Origin: a virus
Taxonomy: Duplodnaviria > Heunggongvirae > Uroviricota > Caudoviricetes > Straboviridae
Virus record (IMG/VR): IMGVR_UViG_2974656882_000001
Coordinates: 1-64,000 of that record
Reading direction: 5' to 3' (one strand)
Length of the DNA stretch: 64,000 bases
Shown here: in pieces, positions 17,663 through 27,818 of the stretch
Layout of the letters: each line of letters starts with the position of its first letter
How positions within the stretch are numbered: position 1 is the first letter of the stretch
The notes under the pieces: model-generated
Told to the model about the DNA's origin: nothing
The model's input: only the letters and a program-made list of their open reading frames with translations
Database searches by the model: none
Program-made: the position numbers and the translations under genes

Positions 17663-18688
17663 ATGAGTTGGTTTAGTGATTTTTTATTTGGCAAAAATAC
17701 ACGTGAAACGATAGAGCCTGCTAAATCTATGTTGGATCCAGTAGATGACAAGTTTCCTTTGAACACCTGGGTCAAATTTGAACACATAGTAGAACAAACT
17801 GATGACCTTGTGGCTTTGCGCTTCAACAAACTATTTGCTCGATTTGAAAATTCAACGTATGAGTGGAAAGACAGAGTTTTTGGACGTGACACACGTGTTG
17901 AAGTCTTTGCGTGTTCGCCGATATCACAAATTGAATTATTTAGTCTACAAGATGAAACTGGATCGAAATTCAATTTAACACTCACCTTAGATCTATTAGG
18001 TAAAACTACAAACGGCGAACATCGCACAGTAGTCAGTGCAAGCATCAAACGTAAGTCCGGAAATAAATCTGAACATGCAGATGTTGACGGCATTAGACAC
18101 ATTTCATCTGTTGCAGAAGCTATTGTATTCATTGAACAATTGATACATGATGGCAAAATCGTTTTGACACCTACTCCTGTAGGTCGATATGAATCATATA
18201 GATTCGAGTTTGGTAAGCATTGGAAAAAGGATAACATCATTGTTACATGTTATCCACGTTCAATGACAATTCACACACTCAATGATGATGGCACAATAAA
18301 CGTTGATAACATAACTACTCGTTTGGTGTTTAACACAGAATCTTTTTATCGTGATGCAAATAATAAATTAAACGAAATCGGCGTTCGTGATGAAACATGG
18401 GTAGAAGTCGAATCGCCTGAATCTGAATGGCCTGAAGCGTTTATTGCGACTAAAGCAAAGGAAATATCTGAGCGATTCAAAGAATTATCAGAACATATGG
18501 ATCATGTATTTGCAATGCATAAACGTATTGCTGATGCGATGCAATCATATGAAGTAGGCTACATTGCTCCTATTAAATGCTTTGATAGCTATACAGCATT
18601 TTTGAATATAGCAAAAATGAAATCAGATTTTGAGGACTACGAAGTCGAAAATTACTTACGTAGTATCGGCAAATTTGAACGAGGATAA
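17663..18688 (+). CDS. hypothetical protein (341 aa)
   Basis: long ORF, no recognised motif. Confidence 0.5.
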   Translation: MSWFSDFLFGKNTRETIEPAKSMLDPVDDKFPLNTWVKFEHIVEQTDDLVALRFNKLFARFENSTYEWKDRVFGRDTRVEVFACSPISQIELFSLQDETGSKFNLTLTLDLLGKTTNGEHRTVVSASIKRKSGNKSEHADVDGIRHISSVAEAIVFIEQLIHDGKIVLTPTPVGRYESYRFEFGKHWKKDNIIVTCYPRSMTIHTLNDDGTINVDNITTRLVFNTESFYRDANNKLNEIGVRDETWVEVESPESEWPEAFIATKAKEISERFKELSEHMDHVFAMHKRIADAMQSYEVGYIAPIKCFDSYTAFLNIAKMKSDFEDYEVENYLRSIGKFERG

Positions 18689-18689
18689 T

Positions 18690-18860
18690 ATGAGCAATCG
18701 AGATGGACGTAAGGCTAAACGTAATGCCAAAAACAAATTTTCTACACCTAATAAAATTTGCCCGGTTTGTCAGAACACATTAGACAAATGCGCAGACCAT
18801 TCTGCGCCTGGTCATGCGCATCACCGATATTGCAAAACGTGCAAATACTCTAATTTTTGA
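18690..18860 (+). CDS. small zinc-ribbon protein (56 aa; CPVC...CKTC)
   Basis: SD GAGGATAA; two CxxC pairs. Confidence 0.35.
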   Translation: MSNRDGRKAKRNAKNKFSTPNKICPVCQNTLDKCADHSAPGHAHHRYCKTCKYSNF

Positions 18861-18921
18861 GTTTACTTTAGCAAATGTTAATGATATAATAGTTCTATAA
18901 CACAGATATGAGGAAGTTATA

Positions 18922-19431
18922 ATGGTATACACACATGTATTTACTCGAGAAAAATTGCAGCATTTAATTGGTGCAATTCAACAAATTTTGTTAAAGAAAG
19001 ATGAAATCCAATACTGCGTTAGACATGATGAAGTTTTCTTCATGGAATTAGGCAACAATGTATCATTTCGATCGACCGTTGCAGTTTGTAATAATTTTTT
19101 CTTAGATCTTCGTCAAGTTGAACTTGATCATGACGTTTTTTCTGTAAGTGATACTGTCTCTGTATATTACTGTTTACCTACTCTGGCAAAATACCTATGC
19201 ATTAAGTTTGCAAAGAAAACCGAATACGGTGTCAGATTAGAAGAGGCTGCATCATATCCTGTAGGCGGTGAACGTGAATTTGACTATGAACTGGCATCAA
19301 GTTGGCGCTATGATTCTGATCGTAAAACTCCAACATTCTGGTTAAACGAACGACGTTGGGAATTTCTTAAATTCGTTAAAGACGAATTAGAACAACTTCT
19401 CGAAACAAATGTTTTGGAGCAATTGAAATGA
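18922..19431 (+). CDS. hypothetical protein (169 aa)
   Basis: promoter gatataatagttctata upstream. Confidence 0.45.
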   Translation: MVYTHVFTREKLQHLIGAIQQILLKKDEIQYCVRHDEVFFMELGNNVSFRSTVAVCNNFFLDLRQVELDHDVFSVSDTVSVYYCLPTLAKYLCIKFAKKTEYGVRLEEAASYPVGGEREFDYELASSWRYDSDRKTPTFWLNERRWEFLKFVKDELEQLLETNVLEQLK

Positions 19432-19805
19432 CGCCTAGCCAATTATCTGTTTTACAAGAGACTCTACGTTTACTTAAAATTGCTCGGGATAATTTTGGCA
19501 ATATAGATGCATTATTAGATAAATTAACACATACTATAGCGATTGCTGGTGTATGTGCTACCGCAAAGTTAGATACTCTCAAATTCTACTGCGGAGTTGA
19601 CGTTAACTCAATCATCAGAAGTTGGCCGGCTCTCAATGGCAACCTCACTGCATATCCTATTGGAGGCCCAGAAGAATATAACCTCAATTACCGATTAGTC
19701 TGGAGCAATCCACGACGATTAGAATTTATTAACTATATGATTGAGCAATTAAGCGAAATTGAAACTCAGTCAAAACTGGAAATCCAAGGTGAACAAAATG
19801 TCTAA
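19428..19805 (+). CDS. hypothetical protein (125 aa)
   Basis: ATGA-coupled. Confidence 0.45.
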   Translation: MTPSQLSVLQETLRLLKIARDNFGNIDALLDKLTHTIAIAGVCATAKLDTLKFYCGVDVNSIIRSWPALNGNLTAYPIGGPEEYNLNYRLVWSNPRRLEFINYMIEQLSEIETQSKLEIQGEQNV

Positions 19806-20202
19806 CAAAGTTAATGAACTTGCATTTAAAATCATCGAATGGGAATCTTTTGCACAAGAATGCTTTATGGATTACTATTTGCACGATTGTGTGGATTGGG
19901 AAGATTGGAAAGATTGGCTAATCAAACAAGGACACATTGAACGAGCAAATGCAATTGGGTATCAAATTTACAATGAAAAGAATCGTTGTATTGATCAAGA
20001 ATTACTGTTTCGTGTATTTGGTAATGAACATATTGTCTATGAAGATGCCACAATGCCTGTAGTAGAGTATCGAGAAGATCCTGAGCTGTATATGGAACTA
20101 TGGCGTAAAGATGTATTCTTATGGGCTCAATACCTTGCATCAAACGATGAAGACTATGAACATGTAACCAATTGGATTAACAAATACTATGAAAACACCT
20201 AA
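19798..20202 (+). CDS. hypothetical protein (134 aa; start at MSNKVNEL)
   Basis: SD AAGGTGA upstream of internal ATG. Confidence 0.4.
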   Translation: MSNKVNELAFKIIEWESFAQECFMDYYLHDCVDWEDWKDWLIKQGHIERANAIGYQIYNEKNRCIDQELLFRVFGNEHIVYEDATMPVVEYREDPELYMELWRKDVFLWAQYLASNDEDYEHVTNWINKYYENT

Positions 20203-20512
20203 AATTGAAAATGTTGTAATTAAAATTGTACGTGCAACTGAAAGTTCAGGTAATATTCAATACTTTGTCCGTGCTACACGCACAGACGATGATCAATTAT
20301 TTGGCAATAACTTAGACTACCACTGTTTTCAAACAGCATATAATGGGCGTATTCGTGATGAAGAAGATTGCATTAATGACGCACTATTTTCTGCAATAAT
20401 GCTGCTTAAGTTCTTTGGGCACAAAGGCCCTGATTTACAGCTTATAGGCTTTACTGAAGAAAATATGAAAGTGGTAGAAGAAGCTAAACGCTTTTGGAGA
20501 GTTACTAAATGA
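20189..20512 (+). CDS. hypothetical protein (107 aa)
   Basis: overlapping chain. Confidence 0.4.
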   Translation: MKTPKIENVVIKIVRATESSGNIQYFVRATRTDDDQLFGNNLDYHCFQTAYNGRIRDEEDCINDALFSAIMLLKFFGHKGPDLQLIGFTEENMKVVEEAKRFWRVTK

Positions 20513-20802
20513 GCATTTACATCGTAACTGAAAAGGAAGAGCGTCACATTGAATTTAACGGACGTAATGGATGGGATTGCACTACTGTTGTAAATGATGT
20601 AAAAGTTTTTCTAATGGATTTGGATCAAATCCGCGAACTTTTATCATTTCATACTCATACTGCTGCAGAGTGTGAGGCACTTGTAGCAAACCTAGAAAAA
20701 AGCGGCGACTTGGCACACTCATATCTCCAATATGCTGATTCCGAATATTATACATCATATAATATACAACTCATAAATAATGAAATAAGGAGACTATTAT
20801 GA
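20509..20802 (+). CDS. hypothetical protein (97 aa)
   Basis: ATGA-coupled. Confidence 0.4.
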   Translation: MSIYIVTEKEERHIEFNGRNGWDCTTVVNDVKVFLMDLDQIRELLSFHTHTAAECEALVANLEKSGDLAHSYLQYADSEYYTSYNIQLINNEIRRLL

Positions 20803-21275
20803 GTATAGCAGGTGCAGCAAAAACAGTTGTCGATAGCGCTTATGCATTTCGTTTCATTAGATTAATCCAGAAGGATTTTAAGGATTGGAAGGCATTTGAA
20901 ACAGGCATTATTGATGAAAAAGGTAACGTAATTAAACGCCCTCAAACCGATGAAGAAAAGAGTTCGTATACACCATTTCACGGCGCAGTACGGGCTCTTA
21001 AACGTAATTTGTCAAGAGTTCCAGGTGCAACTACTTGGACGTCATTGACAAGTTCATTAGCAGCAATTGGATCTCGATTTGGATTAACTGAATCAGAGAT
21101 GCGGTTAATTGAATCTGAACTCAGTCCTCTTTTTGAAGATATGGTCGCAGGCGATGCAAATGGTGATCCTACCAGTATTGCTTCAGGTACTACTACTGGT
21201 GCCATAGTAAATGCAGGTCCTCAAACAATCGGCAAAAAGAAAAAGAGTTTAGCAGAAGTTTACTATGACAAATAG
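20799..21275 (+). CDS. hypothetical protein (158 aa) immediately upstream of primase
   Basis: ATGA-coupled. Confidence 0.45.
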   Translation: MSIAGAAKTVVDSAYAFRFIRLIQKDFKDWKAFETGIIDEKGNVIKRPQTDEEKSSYTPFHGAVRALKRNLSRVPGATTWTSLTSSLAAIGSRFGLTESEMRLIESELSPLFEDMVAGDANGDPTSIASGTTTGAIVNAGPQTIGKKKKSLAEVYYDK

Positions 21276-21321
21276 TATATAATGGAACCAATTGGTTCCA
21301 TTTGTTTTATGTGAGGAAAGT

Positions 21322-22350
21322 ATGAGTTCTTGGATCGATAATGAATACGCCATAAGAGTATTATCATATGAGCGAAATTACAAGTTAATTCATGGTATGC
21401 CTATACGTATAAATTGTTCATGTCCGATTTGTGGTGACTCTCAAAAAGATCGCCTCAAAGCTCGTTTTTGGTATTACCATCATCAAAATACTACATTTGT
21501 ACATTGCTTTAACTGTGATTACAGTTCTAGATTTGATCGTTTTTTGCAAGAAAAAGATGAAGAAGTGTATCGTGAATACATGATGGAAAAATTTAAAGAG
21601 AATGGTAACACAGTAGAACGATCTAAACCAGTCGAGGTTTCAGACAAACTTACAACTACATTTAATGTAATCGAAAAATTAAATTATTCTACAAGAATTG
21701 ACATGTTGCCTGAAAATCACCCTATTATCAAGTACGTATCTACACGTCGTATTCCTAAAGAAAAATGGCACAGATTATGGTTTACTGATAAATGGCAAGA
21801 GCTTTGTAACTCTATTAAGCCAGGTACATTCGAGAACCCAAAACAGGAATTCCGACTAGTGATACCAATCTTCAATAAGAAAGGTGAAATCGAATCATTC
21901 CAAGGACGTGCATTAAAGGCATCTAATATCAAATACATGACAATCAAAGCGCATGAACATGCGTCTAAAGTGTATGGCCAAGATACAATCGATGAATCTA
22001 AAGATTTTGTATTTGTAATGGAAGGGCCTATTGATAGCTTATTTCTGGAAAACGCTCTTGCAATTACTGGTGGTTCATTGAATTTAGACCAAGTGCCATA
22101 CCCAGAAAAACGTATTTGGGTCCTCGACAATGAATGCCGCCATCCCGATACCATTAAACGTATGAACAAACTTATTGAAGCAGGCGAACGCGTTTGTTTT
22201 TGGGATCAAGCTCCTTGGCAATCTAAAGATGTCAATGACATGGTCGCAAAAGATGGTGCACTGCCTGAGCAGATCCAGCAATACATTCTTGAAAACTCTG
22301 AATCTGGGCTCATGGCACAGATTCGTATGACACAATTCAGCAAAATATGA
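21322..22350 (+). CDS. 61: DNA primase
   Basis: MSSWIDNEYAIRVL...CPICGDSQKDRLKARFWYY...RLVIPIFNKKGEIESFQGRALK...EGPIDSLFLENALAITGG...RIWVLDNECRHPDTIKRMNKLIEAGERVCFWD aligns along the whole length with T4 gp61 (zinc ribbon plus TOPRIM). Confidence 0.92.
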   Translation: MSSWIDNEYAIRVLSYERNYKLIHGMPIRINCSCPICGDSQKDRLKARFWYYHHQNTTFVHCFNCDYSSRFDRFLQEKDEEVYREYMMEKFKENGNTVERSKPVEVSDKLTTTFNVIEKLNYSTRIDMLPENHPIIKYVSTRRIPKEKWHRLWFTDKWQELCNSIKPGTFENPKQEFRLVIPIFNKKGEIESFQGRALKASNIKYMTIKAHEHASKVYGQDTIDESKDFVFVMEGPIDSLFLENALAITGGSLNLDQVPYPEKRIWVLDNECRHPDTIKRMNKLIEAGERVCFWDQAPWQSKDVNDMVAKDGALPEQIQQYILENSESGLMAQIRMTQFSKI

Positions 22351-22357
22351 GGTAATT

Positions 22358-22834
22358 ATGGATATTCTAAGTTCATTTACACATTCAAAGGCAGCTATTG
22401 AGCAGATTTCTAAAAAGCTATTCAGCATGTTTGAAGAAAATGATTTGTATGGAATCATTTCTCGTTCAAAGTTGGCATATCTCGAAATCCAAGAGCATCA
22501 ACTTGACAAAAAGCTAGTGGTTATTGAGATCTATGAGCATAGTGCATTATACCCAGAAGTATCATTTGAAGCGCCTAGAAGTACTATACTTGCGTGTGAT
22601 GAAAGTGTAATCGAATTATGGCACAAGGCTTCATTAGCTATTATTGAAAGCGCCAATGCTGCGAAGGCTCTCAAGTTCTTAAAAGAGTTTCCGGAAAGTG
22701 ACCATGCACTAGTTCACATAATTATATCAAGTTATGAACGCCTTTCCAAGTTAGGCAAATCGGACAAAGACATAGCAGAGTCTTGTGCAAAACTGATGTC
22801 GCAATTAATTCAACAAAAATATTCATCAAAATAA
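22358..22834 (+). CDS. hypothetical protein (158 aa)
   Basis: SD then ATG 8 nt after the primase stop. Confidence 0.45.
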   Translation: MDILSSFTHSKAAIEQISKKLFSMFEENDLYGIISRSKLAYLEIQEHQLDKKLVVIEIYEHSALYPEVSFEAPRSTILACDESVIELWHKASLAIIESANAAKALKFLKEFPESDHALVHIIISSYERLSKLGKSDKDIAESCAKLMSQLIQQKYSSK

Positions 22835-22874
22835 GTTTACTTTTGATAAGACTATTGTTATAATAGTCTTATCA
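22835..22874 (+). promoter_or_regulatory. early promoter GTTTAC-N18-TATAAT with a PeSL hairpin gataagactat / atagtcttatc around the -10
   Basis: read directly; coordinates approximate. Confidence 0.6.
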
Positions 22875-22897
22875 AATAACCTAATGAGTAAAACATC

Positions 22898-23215
22898 ATG
22901 GCAAAACTTAAAATCACACAACGACAATACACAATCAAAGCTCCATCTATTCTTGATAAAGTTTTGCCATGGCGTTCTGCAGACATTGTTGAAGTTCTTT
23001 GTTTTGATAATACATTTGTATCTGAATCTACTGCATTATACGGTGAAGTCAATCGTGCAATTCTCTGGGGAATAGAGTTTTGTGATATTTCAGTAGTTGA
23101 ATCGATCAATAGTATTGATGCTGCTGCTAAGGCCTTTGGTAATTTATCTGGACCGCTAATTATCGAAACACAACGTAGTGATATTAAACGAGTATTAATG
23201 GTAGAAGTCTTATAA
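22898..23215 (+). CDS. hypothetical protein (105 aa)
   Basis: conserved leader aatgagtaaaacatcATG. Confidence 0.45.
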   Translation: MAKLKITQRQYTIKAPSILDKVLPWRSADIVEVLCFDNTFVSESTALYGEVNRAILWGIEFCDISVVESINSIDAAAKAFGNLSGPLIIETQRSDIKRVLMVEVL

Positions 23216-23275
23216 GGCTTCACCATTTATTGCATTTGAAAGTCTTGTACACTTAGTAATTTTGAGGAAAATGAA

Positions 23276-23692
23276 ATGTTAAATTCACGTCTACTTGAAG
23301 AAAAACTGCGTATCAAAGCTCGAACTATTCGTGTAGCACGCTTACAAGTAAAAGCACAAATCAGAGAACGCCAAAGCTTGCTGGAATTTGTTACTAATAT
23401 GCACTATGGGCGTATGGCTGAACGTGATTATTCTACAGCAAAAATTTTAGACCGTAAACGCATCAAAATCCAAAAACAAATTCAGTCTTTGGATAAAGTA
23501 GATTATCATTTGGCTCGTGAGCAAGTCAACTTCGGATTAGTCATTCAGCGAATTACAACATTCAACGGTCAATATGGGTCATCTAAGGTTTTTGCTGAAA
23601 AATGGTCTCAAGTTCTTTCAGCCGCTCTCGAGCAATTAACTGTTGAAATTCCTTATCGTTTTCGACATTACACATTTAACCAAGGCTGGTAA
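23276..23692 (+). CDS. hypothetical protein (138 aa), basic coiled-coil-like
   Basis: SD GAGGAAAA. Confidence 0.45.
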   Translation: MLNSRLLEEKLRIKARTIRVARLQVKAQIRERQSLLEFVTNMHYGRMAERDYSTAKILDRKRIKIQKQIQSLDKVDYHLAREQVNFGLVIQRITTFNGQYGSSKVFAEKWSQVLSAALEQLTVEIPYRFRHYTFNQGW

Positions 23693-23693
23693 T

Positions 23694-24011
23694 ATGAAAA
23701 AATTTTTAAATCGTAAATATGATATCTGTGCAGCTTTTGCATGGATATCGTTTGCCTTAACTGCTGCATTAGCTGAATTGCATTTATATGAAATGGTGTT
23801 ATTTTATGGCCTACTGGCAGTTATTTCATTTACTTGGATAGACCATTATCGTAAATCGGTAATGCAACCTATGGTATACGGCGCTTGCTCATTTGTTGTC
23901 ACTATGGTGTCTATGACGGTAATTGAGCAAACTATTGCTGCTGCAATCATGGCAGTTTCTTCACAGCTGGTTGTATTCTTTTTGGTGAAAACTTATGAAA
24001 ATATTAATTGA
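23694..24011 (+). CDS. membrane protein (106 aa, 3 TM)
   Basis: start right after upstream TAA; hydrophobic helices. Confidence 0.4.
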   Translation: MKKFLNRKYDICAAFAWISFALTAALAELHLYEMVLFYGLLAVISFTWIDHYRKSVMQPMVYGACSFVVTMVSMTVIEQTIAAAIMAVSSQLVVFFLVKTYENIN

Positions 24012-24330
24012 ATTTGCATCAGATGGAAGTACGATAACATTTACACCGGTAGACCTGGATGTCAAAGCTCTAAATAAGTGTTATTCAGACAATGGTGCAT
24101 ACTATGAATTCTCTGAATTCTCATTTCGTGTGCCAATCTTGGAACTAGCTGATCATCAAGATCGTATTTTAGATATAGGCTATTGGCCGCATTTTGATGG
24201 ATTTTCTAAAGTAATATTAATCGATGACATCAATAATGTGGAATTCGAATTCGAATATCCTGAAATCTTGTCATCCTCAACGAGTATATCAAAGACATAT
24301 GTTTACATTTCACTTAAAGGTGCTGCATGA
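23995..24330 (+). CDS. hypothetical protein (111 aa)
   Basis: overlapping chain. Confidence 0.4.
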   Translation: MKILIEFASDGSTITFTPVDLDVKALNKCYSDNGAYYEFSEFSFRVPILELADHQDRILDIGYWPHFDGFSKVILIDDINNVEFEFEYPEILSSSTSISKTYVYISLKGAA

Positions 24331-24980
24331 TGACTCCATTTGAAGTTAAAGAACAAGCAAATAAAGAGATTCAAGCTCGTGCTCGTACATTTATTGATTT
24401 GGCAATTGAAGCTATTGCTGAATTAACAAAACATGCTGAACTTGATGAGTACCCAGTGCCTCATTTTGTGCAGTCATACCGTGGTTTTCATCTTGATGTA
24501 ATTCCATTTGAAAATACATATTGGGTTGACAATCCTAACTATGTGCCAAACCAAACTAGTGAATTCTACCGTCGTCCAGAAAATATTGAAAAACAAGCAG
24601 GCTTCTCGCAAATCCAGAAATCTGACAAGGTCGTAAATTTACAATTAGTTGAAGTACAAGACTCTTGGGATGACTACAGAGGCGATCCTGAAACTTGGAA
24701 CATAAGCCTAATTCCAGAAGAGTTATTTTGGCACGGCACTAAAGAACAAATCTTGAAACTCTTTGAAGATCGATTTAAAGAACAGATTGATCGCCAAATT
24801 GAAAATGAGTTCCAAAGCAAATGGTCTCAGTTGTTCTACTACTTTACTCCAGAAGAATTGATCAAATCTGCAGAAGCAATGAAAGCTGTTCGTGAAGGCG
24901 ATCCTGAGCAACCTTGGAACTCTGTTGCGTTTGAGCGTTATTTAGACATGATGCGAGATAAATATGCTATTAACACCTAA
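24327..24980 (+). CDS. hypothetical protein (217 aa)
   Basis: ATGA-coupled. Confidence 0.45.
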   Translation: MMTPFEVKEQANKEIQARARTFIDLAIEAIAELTKHAELDEYPVPHFVQSYRGFHLDVIPFENTYWVDNPNYVPNQTSEFYRRPENIEKQAGFSQIQKSDKVVNLQLVEVQDSWDDYRGDPETWNISLIPEELFWHGTKEQILKLFEDRFKEQIDRQIENEFQSKWSQLFYYFTPEELIKSAEAMKAVREGDPEQPWNSVAFERYLDMMRDKYAINT

Positions 24981-25185
24981 TCAACTCGATACTGTACTAA
25001 TACAATGGTGCAAATTGTTTAATGTGTCATACACAAATATGCATGATGAAGCATTTTGTGTTCGGCACATAAACGGTGAATGGCTCTATCTTTGGTACAA
25101 CGATGATGAAAACTTAGCATCAGAATTTATCAAACAGTTAGAAAACTTATTAAATTTAAATGTTTTAGAAATTATCAAAGGCTGA
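24964..25185 (+). CDS. hypothetical protein (73 aa)
   Basis: overlapping chain. Confidence 0.35.
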   Translation: MLLTPNQLDTVLIQWCKLFNVSYTNMHDEAFCVRHINGEWLYLWYNDDENLASEFIKQLENLLNLNVLEIIKG

Positions 25186-25263
25186 TTTTAGTTACACGCT
25201 TTAAAAATTCTTTGTTATAATTACCTTATCAAATTTACTACCCAATCTTTTGGAGAAATACAC

Positions 25264-25782
25264 ATGGCACATTTCAATCAATGCTCGCAGTTAGTTGATG
25301 GTATCGATGCAGCTCGTCAAGTTGCAGAAGATTTACGGTTTAATGGCGAACAATATCTCGATTCAATGCTCGATATGCAAAAAGGTTTACAAACAAAATT
25401 GGCAATCGAAAAGCCAGAAATGAATTTGAATCCAAATGAAATCGATACTGCAGGTAAAACGGTTGATTGGCTTCGTACTCAATGGGATTGCATGAGCGAT
25501 GAATTCCGCGAATTGCTTACTTCTCTTGGTGGTATGTCAAATGGCGAAAAAGATGCATCAGGTGTTTGGAAAGCATGGAAAGCAAATAACCTTGAAAAAC
25601 GTGCAACTCTTATCAAAGATTTGAGTCCTGAAGATCAACTCGAAATCAAATTCGAATTAATTGATATGTGGCATTTCTTCTTGAATATGAACGTTGCACT
25701 TGGACTTCGCTCTGAAGAGATCTTCGAGTTGTATTACTTGAAAAACAAAGAAAACTTTGATCGCCAGAACAATGGCTATTAA
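25264..25782 (+). CDS. 56: dCTPase/dUTPase (MazG-like all-alpha NTP pyrophosphatase)
   Basis: MAHFNQCSQLVDGID...DEFRELLTSLGGMSNGEKDASGVWKAWKA...SPEDQLEIKFELIDMWHFFLNM...EEIFELYYLKNKENFDRQNNGY is near-identical in pattern to T4 gp56. Confidence 0.85.
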   Translation: MAHFNQCSQLVDGIDAARQVAEDLRFNGEQYLDSMLDMQKGLQTKLAIEKPEMNLNPNEIDTAGKTVDWLRTQWDCMSDEFRELLTSLGGMSNGEKDASGVWKAWKANNLEKRATLIKDLSPEDQLEIKFELIDMWHFFLNMNVALGLRSEEIFELYYLKNKENFDRQNNGY

Positions 25783-25999
25783 TCGTCTTTGTACTACGGA
25801 AGAATTCTTCCGTAGTCATTCTATTGATGAATGCAATAGAATAATCGAAGGTTCTAAACAATCTGGCCATAATTTCTACAGCCTAAAGGATAAAACATAT
25901 TGGCCAAAGAGCGCTGGTAGTAAAAACGATATATGCTGTATATCGCTATCGATGTTGGTCAAAGGTAAAAATGAAAATGGGAATTATGTTATTATGTAA
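25772..25999 (+). CDS. hypothetical protein (75 aa), overlaps the end of gene 56
   Basis: ATG 11 nt before the gene-56 stop. Confidence 0.3.
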   Translation: MAINRLCTTEEFFRSHSIDECNRIIEGSKQSGHNFYSLKDKTYWPKSAGSKNDICCISLSMLVKGKNENGNYVIM

Positions 26000-26009
26000 T
26001 ATTTCATCA

Positions 26010-26036
26010 AAAAGGTGCTCAATGAGCACCTTTTGT
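26010..26036 (+). terminator. rho-independent terminator (aaaggtgctc-aatg-agcaccttttgttg)
   Basis: GC stem plus T-tract, followed by GTTTAC-N18-TATAAT. Confidence 0.7.
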
Positions 26037-26096
26037 TGTTTACAACACATGTATATTGTAGTATAATTAAACCTATCATCCAATGAGTAAATCATT

Positions 26097-26516
26097 ATGA
26101 AATTCTATAAAGTAAATAGACGTGAAATTTATGGCAAACGAATCGGAAATTCATTAGCAGATGTACATCGTTCAAGCCCTATTTTCAAAGCAGAATATGT
26201 AAAAATAGATGATGAGCTCAATGTGTTTTCTATACATGGGCTGCCAATTTGGCGAGACCGTTTTTCATATCACCAAATGCTGCAATTACAGTTATGTCGT
26301 AAAGATTTAGAATTATTTGTTGAATGCGAAGACCCAGGCAAGAAACAGGTTTCTAATATCAAGTATCAAGTAGTTACTCGAGATTATGATGGCTGCTCAG
26401 TTGTTGAAACACATGATTCGGTTAAAGCTGCAACAGAACGTTGTGGCTATCTTAATGAGGTGTCTCCAGAGTACCATGAAGTACATGTTGAATTTGATTA
26501 TGAGTGGGAGAATTAA
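26097..26516 (+). CDS. hypothetical protein (139 aa)
   Basis: conserved leader ccaatgagtaaatcattATG. Confidence 0.45.
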   Translation: MKFYKVNRREIYGKRIGNSLADVHRSSPIFKAEYVKIDDELNVFSIHGLPIWRDRFSYHQMLQLQLCRKDLELFVECEDPGKKQVSNIKYQVVTRDYDGCSVVETHDSVKAATERCGYLNEVSPEYHEVHVEFDYEWEN

Positions 26517-26517
26517 A

Positions 26518-26997
26518 ATGAGCAAGATCAAAACCATGGCAGAATCTGACGCATTAGCACAAGTACTTTCTAGCGAAGAAGGTAGAACAATTTTTGATAC
26601 AGTTGTCCAATCAGAAATTAATGCAGAAATCATCCAAAAGATCGTAGATACACAACCAATTAACTCGGATGCCTTTGAAAAGGCATTTGGCCAACCAGTA
26701 GTTCTTTGTGTTGATGATGCACCTGAACCTCCAGATATTCATTTGCTGAAACGTTTAGTTTGTCATGTTCCAATCCCTGAACTGTTACCTAAACATTGGG
26801 AACCTAAAGGCGAATATTTAGAAGTATCATGTGGTAAAGATCACACGTATATGGAAAAAATTATTCCACGTTCGGAATTGAAATCTCACATCTCTAGCGG
26901 ATGGCGAATCACTCGCCTTACAAAGGTTAGCCGTGGACTTGTTTACAAGAAATGGTCTAATGCAATCCAGGCGATGGAGAATACTGATGCAGTTTAA
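26518..26997 (+). CDS. hypothetical protein (159 aa; start at MSKIKTMAESD)
   Basis: SD GGAGAA before the internal ATG; the track's longer version overlaps the upstream gene. Confidence 0.4.
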   Translation: MSKIKTMAESDALAQVLSSEEGRTIFDTVVQSEINAEIIQKIVDTQPINSDAFEKAFGQPVVLCVDDAPEPPDIHLLKRLVCHVPIPELLPKHWEPKGEYLEVSCGKDHTYMEKIIPRSELKSHISSGWRITRLTKVSRGLVYKKWSNAIQAMENTDAV

Positions 26998-27304
26998 ATT
27001 ATTCGGCAAAACATATAGAATATCGCGTGTAAATGAAGCTGAAACACAGATTGAAGAAAATTCATTAGATCTTCCAAGGGTTCCTAAATGCAATTGCAAT
27101 TTGCCAGATATTGAACCCGGGATGTATGTAAAGTTTTTAGTAAATCGTGATGCAGTCGGCATCAAAGCTGGTGATGTACGTAAAGTTGAAACTGTATGTG
27201 GCGATCTGATTATTACAGAAGGTGAACCAGACAAAGCATATGGCTGGCTGCCTAATTTTGGTATTCACAAATCATATTTGATGCCAATGAAAAAATGTGA
27301 ATAA
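26987..27304 (+). CDS. hypothetical protein (~105 aa)
   Basis: overlapping start. Confidence 0.35.
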   Translation: MQFKLFGKTYRISRVNEAETQIEENSLDLPRVPKCNCNLPDIEPGMYVKFLVNRDAVGIKAGDVRKVETVCGDLIITEGEPDKAYGWLPNFGIHKSYLMPMKKCE

Positions 27305-27308
27305 AGCA

Positions 27309-27345
27309 GTTTACTTCAACAAAAACAATTGATATAATAGTCTTA
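27309..27345 (+). promoter_or_regulatory. early promoter GTTTAC...GATATAAT plus conserved leader tagtcttatcaaatc
   Basis: read directly. Confidence 0.55.
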
Positions 27346-27384
27346 TCAAATCTAATAACGGATTTGATAATTGAGGAAATTACA

Positions 27385-27615
27385 ATGCAAATATTTTTAT
27401 CACACTTTGATGCTTCGCAATTTGTTTTAAATGGTAATCATTTAGTCAATGAAGCTAATGGCATCAGCATTCTTGTAATGCCTGAAGATAATTCATTTGC
27501 ATTGTATCAAAACAATGAGTTTGTAAAGGCCGAAAATGAATCTGGTCTTGAAGAACTCGTAAATCAAGTAATCAAATCATTTATTAAAACACGTCATTCA
27601 TTTGAATCTATCTAA
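27385..27615 (+). CDS. hypothetical protein (76 aa); leader contains the tcaaatc/gatttga stem-loop and SD GAGGAAA
   Basis: read directly. Confidence 0.4.
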   Translation: MQIFLSHFDASQFVLNGNHLVNEANGISILVMPEDNSFALYQNNEFVKAENESGLEELVNQVIKSFIKTRHSFESI

Positions 27616-27626
27616 GGAAGCTAATT

Positions 27627-27764
27627 ATGGCTAAGCAAAAAACTGCACAAGTTGAAATCCAAACTTCTAAAACTGGCAAACTTCGTGATCCACAAGGTTT
27701 AATGAAGCTTGCTTTAAAACTCGGACAAATTCGTTCTCGCCGTATTGCAGGTGAAGCTAAGTAA
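27627..27764 (+). CDS. small basic protein (45 aa)
   Basis: SD AAGGAAG 7 nt upstream; followed by terminator. Confidence 0.3.
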   Translation: MAKQKTAQVEIQTSKTGKLRDPQGLMKLALKLGQIRSRRIAGEAK

Positions 27765-27786
27765 ATAAAAGTTAAATGATATAAAT

Positions 27787-27808
27787 GGCACCGAATGGTG
27801 CCATTTTT
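27787..27808 (+). terminator. rho-independent terminator (ggcacc-gaat-ggtgcc-ttttt)
   Basis: read directly. Confidence 0.75.
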
Positions 27809-27818
27809 GTGAGGTAAT

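Noticed and set aside
22884-23075. Alternative-frame ORF starting at the ATG inside the conserved aATGAGTAAA leader
   Set aside because: The leader ATG recurs in front of many genes out of frame with the downstream gene. Here it gives a low-complexity 63-aa reading frame overlapping the properly initiated 22898-23215 gene, so it is most likely part of the translation-initiation region, not a start.
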